DNA of 64,000 nt, taken from assembly GCA_040954595.2 (NCBI GenBank), contig CM082579.2, positions 14,856,550 through 14,920,549 of the forward strand. Direction: 5' to 3'. Of the stretch, positions 25,236-34,224 are shown one piece after another. The translations under genes and the position numbers were made by a program. Source of the DNA: Balanoglossus misakiensis. Its lineage: Eukaryota > Animalia > Hemichordata. Within the stretch, counting starts at the first letter, position 1; each line of letters begins with the position of its first letter. The notes beneath the pieces were generated by a model that searched no databases, was not told the DNA's origin, and was given only the letters and a program-made list of their open reading frames with translations.

Positions 25236-25890
25236 ATTACACCTCACGTATTATACCGTTTTCGTGATTGGCTGAGACGCGCTCACGTGATATAGAAAAA
25301 AAAGTGATATAACATGGCTAGAGTTGATATAGCCCTGTCGCGTGCGCTGATATTGCCTGCTTGGTTGTTTTGGTGTTCTGGGCATGACTTCTGCGCGTTC
25401 CAAACTGTCGTTCAATGGCTTCCTTCACGATCAGTCAACTCCCGCATCTATATGGCTTCAAAGCGACACACAGGCTTAACACCTGTTCTACTGGATGATA
25501 TTTTACTGCAAACGGGCAGTAAATACACCAAAATCGCAACCAACAGCGCAGTATTTTCAAAATAATCTAAGTTCGAAGTAGGTATCGTATAATTCTTGGG
25601 AGATCGAGACATTTTACATTCTCAGCAACGTACGACATATGGACGCGAGTCTACATGCTACATGCTGCAGTGTATGTACGTTCAAATGTTCGGCGTAATA
25701 AAATTAATAACACATTATGCTCGGGCAACATCACGATTTGAAGCCTGCCCTCGGGCTGGTGATCTCTGACCAAAATATTGATGATACCCTCGCCTGCGGC
25801 TCGGGCATCATCAATATTATGGTCAGAGATCACCATCCCTCATGCAGGCTTCAAATCGTGATATTGCCCTCGCTATCATGTGTTATTATT
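25236..25890. mobile_element. Non-autonomous element with a terminal ~180-bp palindrome (Crypton-like, tentative)
   Basis: TAATAACACAT...ATCACGATTTGAAGCCTGC...CCCTCGCCTGCGGCTCGGG...GCAGGCTTCAAATCGTGAT...ATGTGTTATTA (about 25706-25887). Left boundary approximate. Confidence 0.65.
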
Positions 25891-26255
25891 TAAATTAAAC
25901 ACTTTTTCTTGTTCCTCTCCTCATGAGTAACCCATCACACCCAGCTCTCTGCTTGTCAACGAGTCATGTGTATGTGTACTGACTGTTGTTATTATTTACG
26001 AATGTTTTCAAACAACAACAATGCCGATTGTGCCCTCATAGGTTTCGTTGAGAAGTTAAGACTATGGATTTAACTCTGCCCTGCGTAGCTGAACAAGAAA
26101 CTATAATTGATACACAGAATAGAAATACTGAAAAATGCAAAAAGTTACAGCTAATGGGGCTTAAGTCATGAAACTGTGTTTATTTTCATGTATATTGGCT
26201 TGAGACAGCTCACTATTTATGATGTGTGTTGTGACATTTTTTTTATTCTTTTCAG

Positions 26256-26457
26256 TTTCTACATTTTGACACTGAACTTTATCATGATACTGTTGTCATT
26301 GTCGAGGTGTCTGTGTTTGACCCATCCAAAGTTCTTGCCACATACAGTGGACCGGACCAGCCTGATGAAGTTATTAGCAGTGGTAATGCAATGTTGGTGA
26401 AATTTCTCTCAGATAGTTCGCATACTGCTACTGGCTTTGAAGCATCTTGGCAAGCAG
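26256..26457 (+). CDS. Exon: CUB domain 1, C-terminal half
   Basis: ttttcag|...|gtaat; FLHFDTELYHDTVVIVE...LATYSGPDQPDEVISSGNAMLVKFLSDSSHTATGFEASWQA. Confidence 0.9.
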
Positions 26458-26750
26458 GTAATACCAAGTTTTATACATAATGTAAAACTGGAAATTTTCG
26501 CAAACGATAAATTTTCGCGAACTACACATAAACTTTGCATGTGTGGACACAAGGCAACTAAAAGCATTAATGCTCTGTGTTTACCTTAGGCAAATAGTGT
26601 CTCTGAAACGTTTCGAATTTTACCCTACGTGAACCTGGTATAACATTATAGATTGCACATGTAGGCAATATTTGCCCTACCTCGACTGTGATCTTGCTGA
26701 TGTCCTGTTTGTGAAGTGTTTCTGTTAAGATGACTTCTTCTTTCTTTCAG

Positions 26751-26902
26751 TGTATTCTTTGTGTGGTGGGAATTTCATAGCACAGTCATATAAACAGAAT
26801 CTCAGCAGTACAGAATATTTTGAAGGCAAGAATTATCTCAACAATGAAGATTGTAACTGACAGCTGGCATCATTCACAACAGAATTTGTTGTCACTTTAC
26901 AG
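26751..26902 (+). pseudogene. Exon: CUB domain 2, N-terminal half, with in-frame TGA
   Basis: ctttcag|...|gtagt; YSLCGGNFIAQSYKQNLSSTEYFEGKNYLNNEDCN*QLASFTTEFVVTLQ. The stop at 26858-26860 sits at the C-x-W tryptophan. Confidence 0.85.
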
Positions 26903-27658
26903 GTAGTGGATTCAGATGCAATTAATCGTGTGAGTTGTTTTACAGCATGACAAAAATTAGTAATTATATTTTTAAAAATACATTTTATTTTTGTCATTTC
27001 TGGTCAATTCTCAGTAGTCACTTTTCCGATTTCTTAAAATTTGGTTTACAAGGACCTACAATATTTGTTATTATGGTGTACATAAACATGTGACAAATAT
27101 CAATACTGGGGAGGAGGGGGGTGGGTAGTTTTAGACATTTTTGGTCCAAAAGTCCACTTATGTCAGAAACGGCTCTTCCAGTTGTTTTGGATTTTGGTTT
27201 ATTGGGATGTGAAAATATTCTTTATCAGATGTATTCTTATATTACCTCATCAATGCTAAAGGTGTCCTTATATTGTCCCTTTAAATCACTTAAAATCATT
27301 CCCAAAGAATTTCAACCCAGTAAGAATTGTAAGGATCACAGATCTATCTTCTTTTGCCATTCTTTCTGGAAGTTTATAATATAAGCTAATCTGATACTGG
27401 GTCATTATGGAACTTTTTAACAGAAAAAATAACAAAATGTGAAAAAAGTTAAATGAGTTTAATTTGATAACTACATGTATAACGACAGAAAGGTTTGACC
27501 TAAGGAAGTCATATACAGTTAACAGTCATTTCTTCTGTCGCGTACGACTTTTTATCCAGAAGGCAATTATTATGTGATTTGATCCCCTAGCACAAAATAA
27601 AAGGCAGCCAGGATTACACCAAACCTGTGGATTGAATTCATTATTCCTTGTTTGGTAA

Positions 27659-28406
27659 TTTTAGCTTGGCTGTCACTTGTGTCAGCCAAGCTGTAGCAGT
27701 AGGTTGATAAGTGTCCGTCTGTCGTCCGGCGTCCGTTGTCCGTCGTCCGTCAACTTTCGGTATTTCAATCTTCTTCGTTAAAACGACATTGCATATTTAG
27801 CTATAATTTGGTAGGAATGTGTGTTATGGTGCCCCTACCTGATTTTGTAAATTTGGATTTGATGGGGTCATAAATATGCAAATTAGATCTAAAAATAGAA
27901 TGTTGGTCAAACATTTTCTTCTCCCTAACTACATGTACGATGGAGCTGAAATTTGGCAGGAATGTGTGTTATGGTGCCCCTACCTGATTTCATAAATTTG
28001 GATATGATCGGGTCATGAATATGCAAATTAGATCTAAAAATATAATTTTTGGTAAAAAATCTTCTTCTCCCTAACTACATGTACGATGGAGCTGAAATTT
28101 GGTAGAATGTGTGTTATGGTGCCCCTACCTGATTTTGTTTTATTGGAATTTTGATCGGGTCATGAATATGCAAATTAGTACCTTGGTACTTCCTTTTGAT
28201 GTTGTTCTTTAGGAATAAATTCTTTCTTTCTTTAGCACAATGAATCAGGCTGAATGTGGATATTAAATACTTGTGATGTCTATGTTTGGTTTTGTTTAAT
28301 AGAATACAATTGTTATGATTAAAACCTAGGGTATTCATATCATTGCCCAGCTATAGGTTTCACTGTTAAAGTCAGCAGAGCTCTTTTGACCGATAGGTCA
28401 CTTGTT
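27659..28406 (+). mobile_element. Helentron-associated non-autonomous element (HINE/pearl-like) with internal ~146-bp tandem repeats
   Basis: TTTT followed by hairpin AGCTTGGCTG...CAGCCAAGCT, a (GTCC)-rich microsatellite, three copies of GAATGTGTGTTATGGTGCCCCTACCTGATTT (about 27815, 27960, 28106), and an end at GACCGATAGGTCACTTGTT. Confidence 0.8.
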
Positions 28407-28415
28407 TCTTTAAAG

Positions 28416-28600
28416 GTTGCCAGGGAATTGAAATTCTGCGTAGTTTTGGCACGATTCAGTCACCAGGGTATGATGTTAGCACTTACCCTGATGATGTTAT
28501 GTGTAGCTGGTTAATCAAGGAACCAACTGGAAGACCATTAACTCTTATCTTTGATGAGAACTTTGGATTAGAGAGGAACACAGATGTTGATTACATCATT
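28416..28600 (+). CDS. Exon: CUB domain 3, N-terminal half
   Basis: tttaaag|...|gtgag; GCQGIEILRSFGTIQSPGYDVSTYPDDVMCSWLIKEPTGRPLTLIFDENFGLE...DYII. Confidence 0.9.
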
Positions 28601-28767
28601 GTGAGTATCAGATATGATCATGAGTCAGCCATGTTAAAAATATTTGTCACATTAAAAAAATTGTCATATTATTTTGCAGTGATTTTAGTTTGACAATTTT
28701 GGCAGACATTACTTCAAACTATACAACTTTGGAACACAATTTGGAAATTTAATTAATCACATATATA

Positions 28768-28973
28768 CTGTAAAACGGGATACTTTTGCAACATGAAATT
28801 TTCGCGTTATCAAAAGAGGCAAGTGTTATGCAACAATAACTTTTCACGTTCTTGTATTTCACTGCATCATTATCCCCGAAAAACATTTTTACGCAACTTT
28901 TTATTTTCATGTTTTGATGGCTCTCACGTAGATCGCGAAAATTTATTGTTTGCGAACATTTCCCATTTTACAG
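28768..28973. mobile_element. TA-target MITE (same family as 24303)
   Basis: TA|CTGTAAAACGGGA ... TCCCATTTTACAG|TA. Confidence 0.85.
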
Positions 28974-29253
28974 TATGTTGAGTAGCTGTTACAGCAGGAA
29001 ATGCAACAAGGATTGAATACTATAAAATTTTCGTGAACGATAAATTTTCGTAAACTATGTGAGAGCCAAAAAATATGAAAATAAAAAGTCGCTTAAAATG
29101 CTTCAGAGATAACAATGCAGTAAAATATGGCAATGTGAAAATTAATTGTCGCGTAACAGTAGCCACCTTTGATATCGCGAAAATTTCCTGTTGTGAAGAT
29201 TTCCCGTTTTACGGTATTTACAATGCATGCTTAATTTGTCTTTGTTTCTGAAG

Positions 29254-29437
29254 GTATACAATGGTACTGAGAGTGATGATGATGTCATTATTGGTCCATG
29301 GAGTGGCAATTCTGATGGAGTCATTGATGGCACTGTGCCACCACCCGATTGCCGTACAGACATTGGACACTTTTCGGTTGTGTTCAGGAGTAGTAGAACA
29401 CGACCAGCTAAAGGATTCAGGGCTTCATTTTCACCAG
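29254..29437 (+). CDS. Exon: CUB domain 3, C-terminal half
   Basis: ctgaag|...|gtaca; VYNGTESDDDVIIGPWSGN...FSVVFRSSRTRPAKGFRASFSP. Confidence 0.9.
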
Positions 29438-29446
29438 GTACACATA

Positions 29447-29652
29447 CTGTAAAACACTTTATTTTCACGAGTTGAAATTTTCGCGACATCGAGAGAGGCC
29501 ACTGTTTCGCCAGTATTAATTTTCGCGTTCTCTTATTTCATTCATTGCATCTTTATCTTCAAAAAAATTACGCAACTTTTTATTTTCACGCTATTTTGGC
29601 TCTCGCGTATTTCGCGAAAATCTCTTGCTCGCGAAAATAAAGTGTTTTACAG
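29447..29652. mobile_element. TA-target MITE inserted 9 bp downstream of a splice donor
   Basis: TA|CTGTAAAACACTTTATTTTC ... GAAAATAAAGTGTTTTACAG|TA. A close inverted copy lies at 52932-53129. Confidence 0.9.
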
Positions 29653-30172
29653 TAACTTACTAACATTTCAGAAAAAGTTGTTACAGAATTCTTAGAAACA
29701 CACTCTCCCTTTATTCCTTGTGATTTAGAGTCATTAATTGAAAGGTGCAAATGTTTTTGAATTTTTACGAAACTTCAAAGAGCTGGAAAAACAGAGACAG
29801 TAATTTCTTACAATTGCAATGCAATTTTGGACCATTGACAGGAATGGCAACACTCTTGTATCACACTCAATAAAGTGATGGGGTCGTCGCACTGCGTTTG
29901 TTTGTTTATAAACATTGCAATTCATCCACAAATCCCTGAAATTAGACAGCCACGACCTACTAGGATCTTCAGTTGCTGTCATGGACAGTCTAGGATACTG
30001 TCAGCTGCTTCGTTCATTCTAAGAATTATCTTATTTGAGGGATTTGTGGATGAATTGTAATGTTTATAAACAAACGCATTGCGACGACCCCTTCACTTTA
30101 AAACAACTGACATTTATGAGTTTAAGTATTTGTCTGCATGCATTCTTATCATTGTGATCCTTGTTCTGACAG

Positions 30173-30226
30173 ACTGTCCCGAAATTGTGATTAGTGAGGG
30201 CGTGGTGACCAGTACAGAGATAGAAG
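30173..30226 (+). CDS. Short exon: start of a CCP/sushi domain (rest apparently deleted)
   Basis: ctgacag|...|gtatga; DCPEIVISEGVVTSTEIEG. Phase 1-1, with only one of the four CCP cysteines. Confidence 0.65.
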
Positions 30227-30518
30227 GTATGATGTCTCTGTCTCATTCCAATGCTCGGACGGTTATCCAGTAGTTAAAGGGGATGTCCGGTCTAGCTGAT
30301 ATCTACATAATTTTGTAGCTTTGAGGTCACTCTTTCAGGAAAAAAAAAACATTTTCGCCGTGTATAAGTCGTACCAGCTATGCAAATATGCCTAGCCTGG
30401 TGTCTTGTATCCAAGATAATTAATGAAAAAAGTGCAGTGATGAGAGAGACTTAATTTGTCTCTTGAATCTATTGTTAGCAACAACTTGAATGACACTAAT
30501 TTGTTGTTTATTTTTTAG

Positions 30519-30698
30519 GAATAACATGTGGTGGACCCCCTGAGTGCAGCAATGGAATTCTTACCAATGTTACCAGTACAGTGTATGGTGGCATTGCTTA
30601 TTATCAATGCATTGAGGGCTATCAGTTTATAAATAATGTGTCTTCATTGGAATGCCAAGCAGATGGTGTCTGGGGTCCACTTGTGCCCCAATGCGAGC
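30519..30698 (+). CDS. Exon: CCP/sushi domain
   Basis: ttttag|...|gtaag; ITCGGPPECSNGILTNVTSTVYGGIAYYQCIEGYQF...LECQADGVWGPLVPQCE. Confidence 0.92.
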
Positions 30699-30801
30699 GT
30701 AAGTTGATATTTTTGAAAACAATTAAACTGCCATTGTAGTGCACACTTAGGAGACGGATTTTCAGAAAAATGTTAGTCCTCTGAACCTTTCAGTGCTTTA
30801 A

Positions 30802-31101
30802 AGCCACTAGAGCTGCCACTTTTTGCATTTATTTTCAGATTTTATTTTCCGACGTAGATTGGTACATTGAAATAATTAAGCTTACTGATAGGGATACAAG
30901 AACATGTCATCAATGCCTGATTGTGGCTGTATGTTGCAATTTAAACGTGCAATGTATTAAACAGGTGCCGTACCCATTTTATTAATATCAGCCTCCATAC
31001 AAACAGTATGCAGCTAGCTATCGTGGTATGCATCACCATAGATTTGAAAGGTTTTACTGTGGAAAAGAAAAAAATTGTGAAATTTGGCAGCTCTAGAGGC
31101 T
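30802..31101. mobile_element. 300-bp MITE, TTAA TSD (Kolobok-like)
   Basis: TTAA|AGCCACTAGAGCTGCCA ... TGGCAGCTCTAGAGGCT|TTAA. Confidence 0.85.
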
Positions 31102-31402
31102 TTAAAGTGTGTGATGAGTCGTTTTGAAAACAAAGTATAACACAGGGTGTTCACTGTCATGTTTTCATAAAAATCACTGACTCAAGTTGAAATTCTCTCC
31201 ATAGCGTTATGATGGGGCACTTTGTGCTGGTTGCTACATTCCACATGGGTGTCTAATTGGGACATTACACACTGAATGTTAAACCAGACACTGGTAACTT
31301 GAAAATATGCAGGATTGTGAGGGTTACTGCTACATGTCCCTCTAAACCATTTTCCTAGTATTAACACACTTGTAATGTTATCTGTTCATCTTATCCAAAC
31401 AG

Positions 31403-31585
31403 CTCGCGAGTGTCCACCACCGAATGTAGACAACTACTTATCATATGAAATTGTTAATGGTGATTCATTGATTTTTGGAACAACCGTTGCCTACTCATGT
31501 CCATCTGGCTACAGTCTGACTGGCTACACTGTCTCTACATGTGGTGAAGATGGATCATGGATTGGAGATCCAGGATACTGTCAAC
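31403..31585 (+). CDS. Exon: CCP/sushi domain
   Basis: caaacag|...|gtaag; RECPPPNVDNY...FGTTVAYSCPSGYSLTGYTVSTCGEDGSWIGDPGYCQ. Confidence 0.92.
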
Positions 31586-31895
31586 GTAAGTCATTTAAGG
31601 ATGTACATTCAGTAAAATTGAAAATATGGTCATTTCTTTTAATTGTTAATTTTTGGATTATCCTATGTATGTATAATGAAAATTTGTGATAAAATATAGG
31701 GGTCACCACGCTTGTTTTTGAAATACAGAGTCATGAATTTAGTCGATAATTGAAAAAAAGGAGTCAATGGTATCTGGACTTTTATAGTGGGAACTTGGGG
31801 TGAAAATGTTAAAGTTGTGACAGAATACAGATACCCAATATATATACCACAATCAAGTCTGCATCCACATAGTGTTTTATTTTTTTTACTTGCAG

Positions 31896-32078
31896 GATTG
31901 AACTGCAGTGATATACTCATAACAGACCCACATCTACAAGCTGTCCCTGATAGTGGACCATATTATATGGGCAGTAACATCACATTCTATTGTAATGCTG
32001 GCTATGAATTAAATGGTGCTGATTACCTGACTTGTCAATCCGATTTACAGTGGAATAGTGCAATACCATCATGCATTG
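31896..32078 (+). CDS. Exon: CCP/sushi domain
   Basis: ttgcag|...|gtaag; LNCSDILITDPH...GSNITFYCNAGYELNGADYLTCQSDLQWNSAIPSCI. Confidence 0.92.
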
Positions 32079-32555
32079 GTAAGTTCACATCAAGATTGGT
32101 CTTCATGTGGTTGTCTGCTTATGAGGTACCGTAATCGATCACTCCAGTAATTTGACTATTTATCATAAATGTCACCTAAACTACATGCTGATAGGACATA
32201 CAGTTCATGCCATGCAAATCTATGGCTGTCAGAAATTTCATGATTTTCGTAATTTTATTTTTCATTGATTACTGTAAAACAGGAAATTTTCGCGACAAAG
32301 AAATTTTTTGCGATATCAAAAGCAGAAACTGTTATGAGACGATTAATTTTCATGTTCTCGTATTTCACTACATTGTTATCACTGAAAATAGTTTTTTACA
32401 CAAAAATGTCTTTTTTGGGGGGCTCTTGCATAGTTCGCGAAAATTTGTTTGTGAAAATTTCCTGTTGGTCTGGTGGTTCCCAGCTAAACTTGTTGGTCTG
32501 AATTTACCAGCGGACCTGTGGGATTTTGATCATATCTTGATGAATAACATTTCAG

Positions 32556-32684
32556 ATATCAATGAATGTAGTACATTGGTGGCACGGTGTGGAATCAATC
32601 AAGTCTGTGAAAATAGAGATGGTGACTATCAGTGTGCATGTTTGGTGGGATTTGAACCAGATGTGAATGGAACAGCATGCAAAG
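32556..32684 (+). CDS. Exon: calcium-binding EGF domain
   Basis: tttcag|...|gtgag; DINECSTLVARCGINQVCENRDGDYQCACLVGFEPDVNGTACK. Confidence 0.92.
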
Positions 32685-33205
32685 GTGAGACATAAACAAG
32701 TCACTTGCAACATAACTTCAAGTCACTATTTTCACATTTAACACATTCCGAACTTATTTCAGAATTCCGGATACATTTTTGGAATGACCTTTTAATCTCA
32801 GGTGTCTTTTTCTCATAGGATTACATTGATAATTGCTAGAAAACAAACTTCTACTATTGTCATTTTCACGAAATTTTACACATAGCTCAGTCTAGTAAAT
32901 ATAAATTCATTGGTCAAATAAAATTGTGTGATTACAATGCTCTATTTTGAGATAAATTTCTTTAAGGTTTTTGTCCATAGACAAACCATTGGTGAACCAT
33001 GCTGAGTCAGCAGGTTTCTTCTATTATCAACTAAATTAATGGCCTTGTATTTCAAAAGCAAGCAAGGTGACGCCTTTATTTTATCACAGATTCATCTTGT
33101 ACGTACACAAGATAATCCCAAAATTCACGATTAAAAGAAATGACAATACTTTCAATTTTACTGAACGTACATTGTTTTAATCCAATCCATGTTCCTTCTT
33201 TGTAG

Positions 33206-33391
33206 ATATAAATGAATGTGCTTCACATTCTTGTGATCAACTTTGTAAAAACACTGCAGGTGGTTTTCAATGTTCCTGTGAAGAAGGCTATCTCTTATAT
33301 GCAAATAACGGCACAGGTGGATTCTATCTGCCACCTGGAGAAACTGGTCTCTCAATGTATGATGTCTACACTTTTAACCAATCATGTGTTC
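33206..33391 (+). CDS. Exon: calcium-binding EGF domain with Uif-type insert
   Basis: tttgtag|...|gtaag; DINECASHSCDQLCKNTAGGFQCSCEEGYLLYANNGTGGFYLPPGETGLSMYDVYTFNQSCV. Confidence 0.92.
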
Positions 33392-33420
33392 GTAAGTATC
33401 ATGTTAAACTATAGAGTTAA

Positions 33421-33605
33421 AGGTATATGATCACCCATGGAAAATTAGCTATATATAGTTACCATGGAAAATTGAAATCTAGCCAATCACAGATTTTCAT
33501 TTGGTGGCACACGTGGAAAACAGGCGCCACCATATGTTCTTTAGAATGCTCAAATACGCCATTCAGCCATATATGGGAATGTGTATTGAAGGTGACTGTA
33601 TACTT
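33421..33605 (+). mobile_element. 185-bp MITE, TTAA TSD (Kolobok-like)
   Basis: TTAA|AGGTATATGATCACC ... GGTGACTGTATACTT|TTAA. Confidence 0.8.
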
Positions 33606-33902
33606 TTAACCAAGATTTGTCATATTATTGACCTTTATACCGCAATGAATTTGCAGCAACAAAAAGTGGACAAAAAGCTGAATTTCATAATTGGATTTCA
33701 TAATTTTGCCGTAATTCAATAATGAAATGTGGAGAAAGTAAGCAGACCAACTTTGCACTGTTATTATTTATTTTGGATTTGTTTCCCTCCTGCTAACAAA
33801 AGTGTCCTCTCACCTCATGGCATGAAGATGCATTGAATTCTGAGAAAAAGGGGATTAATACTTGAGTGTATTTACAAAGACAAACAAGCTCACTGGTAGC
33901 AT

Positions 33903-34017
33903 TTAAAGGGGAAATCCGGTTCAGCTACATAATTGGGTAGCTTTGAGGTCATTCTTTCAGAAAAAAACATTGTGTAGAAATTATGCATAAATCAGCTGGA
34001 CAGGACTTCCCTTTTAA
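33903..34017 (+). mobile_element. Short TTAA-target MITE; partial relative at about 30274-30351
   Basis: TTAAAGGGGAAATCC ... GGACTTCCCTTTTAA. Shares GTAGCTTTGAGGTCA.TCTTTCAG with 30274 onward. Confidence 0.7.
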
Positions 34018-34224
34018 TATTTCCAAGCAAGGCAATTGGTTTACTGCAACAATTACTTTGAAAACACAGTGTAAAACAACAATCATGATATGAATGTTAC
34101 TTTAATAGATAGTCATACTTATATAAGCATGACTGTCTATGTTGGTCTGTAAGTTGTATTTGAAAGAAAAGTTTCATGTACGAATAGTACAAAGATTGAC
34201 ATTTAGTCCACAAAACCTACCATT

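Larger units (their letters stand above)
21374..33391 (+). pseudogene. uif: Uninflatable (Uif)-like multidomain protein gene fragment (CLECT-CUBx3-CCPx4-EGF_CAx2), 13 exons, probably pseudogenised
   Basis: AG/GT-bounded exons translate to the domains in Uif order. The last EGF carries the long insert (LYANNGTGGFYLPPGETG...FNQSCV) that I recognise from Uif. Defects: TGA at a conserved CUB Trp (26858), CUB1a donor lost, no LDLa or CUB2b exon found, first CCP mostly absent, and no signal-peptide or downstream exons seen. Confidence 0.8.

Noticed and set aside
26858-26860. TGA as selenocysteine or alternative-code Trp
   Set aside because: The position is a conserved Trp rather than Cys, other Trp codons are TGG, and independent lesions indicate pseudogenisation.
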